Shown here piece after piece: positions 63,844 through 64,000 of a stretch of 64,000 bases of DNA (positions are counted from its first letter, which is position 1; each line of letters opens with the position of its first letter). Under the pieces are notes generated by a model that had not been told where the DNA came from, did not search any database, and saw only the letters and a program-made list of their open reading frames with translations. The stretch is from Paraspadella gotoi. Its lineage: Eukaryota; Animalia; Chaetognatha. Position numbers and translations under genes: made by a program. The stretch is from the NCBI GenBank assembly GCA_051294375.1, contig CM119267.1:239409-303408 (forward strand), in the 5' to 3' direction.

Positions 63844-64000
63844 CTTTAAAATCTCTTTAGCCTCGTCCAATCCGGTGAAGACGACTCCGAGTCCCTCCAG
63901 ACTCAACTTGACGATCCACTTGATCTGCGCCATGGTTCCGCCGCCGCCACCGCCGCCGCCGCCGACCCCGCCGTCTCCTTTCCCGAAGACCAGATGGGCC
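63844..64000 (-). CDS. SPART: Spartin homolog, penultimate exon (runs off the window)
   Basis: AQIKWIVKLSLEGLGVVFTGLDEAKEILK then GT donor at 63843; joins the last exon in phase 0; resembles spartin SSVQGFSTVWQGLECAAKCI. Confidence 0.8.

Overview
Eukaryotic, AT-rich, microsatellite-rich DNA, probably from an invertebrate animal, from a gapped assembly. Bases 1-21.6 kb are mostly non-coding: a TTAGGG-containing satellite, low-complexity tracts, and indel-riddled direct and inverted duplications around N gaps that look like assembly artefacts. The main structure is a nested set of mobile elements, each supported by terminal repeats plus a target-site duplication (TSD). (1) A ~1.4-kb hAT-like non-autonomous element (20537-62425, 8-bp TSD) was split by (2) a Polinton/Maverick-like element (21641-62087, AGTAGT...ACTACT ends, ~160-bp TIRs, perfect 6-bp TSD ACCGAC). 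That element contains (3) a second Polinton-type element (48860-60295, same terminal signature, 6-bp TSD with one mismatch), a 5'-truncated BEL/Pao retrotransposon, LTR-like copies and MITEs. The Polinton-like elements carry decayed, intron-containing genes: a packaging ATPase and its small neighbouring gene, an H1/H15-like domain, PC4-like domains, several orphans, and four single-pass membrane proteins, one with YEEI/EEEEYLEP tyrosine motifs. I could not recognise pPolB, integrase, major capsid or protease genes. The last two exons of a host spartin gene (minus strand) end the window. All homology calls are by-eye motif recognition, not database results.
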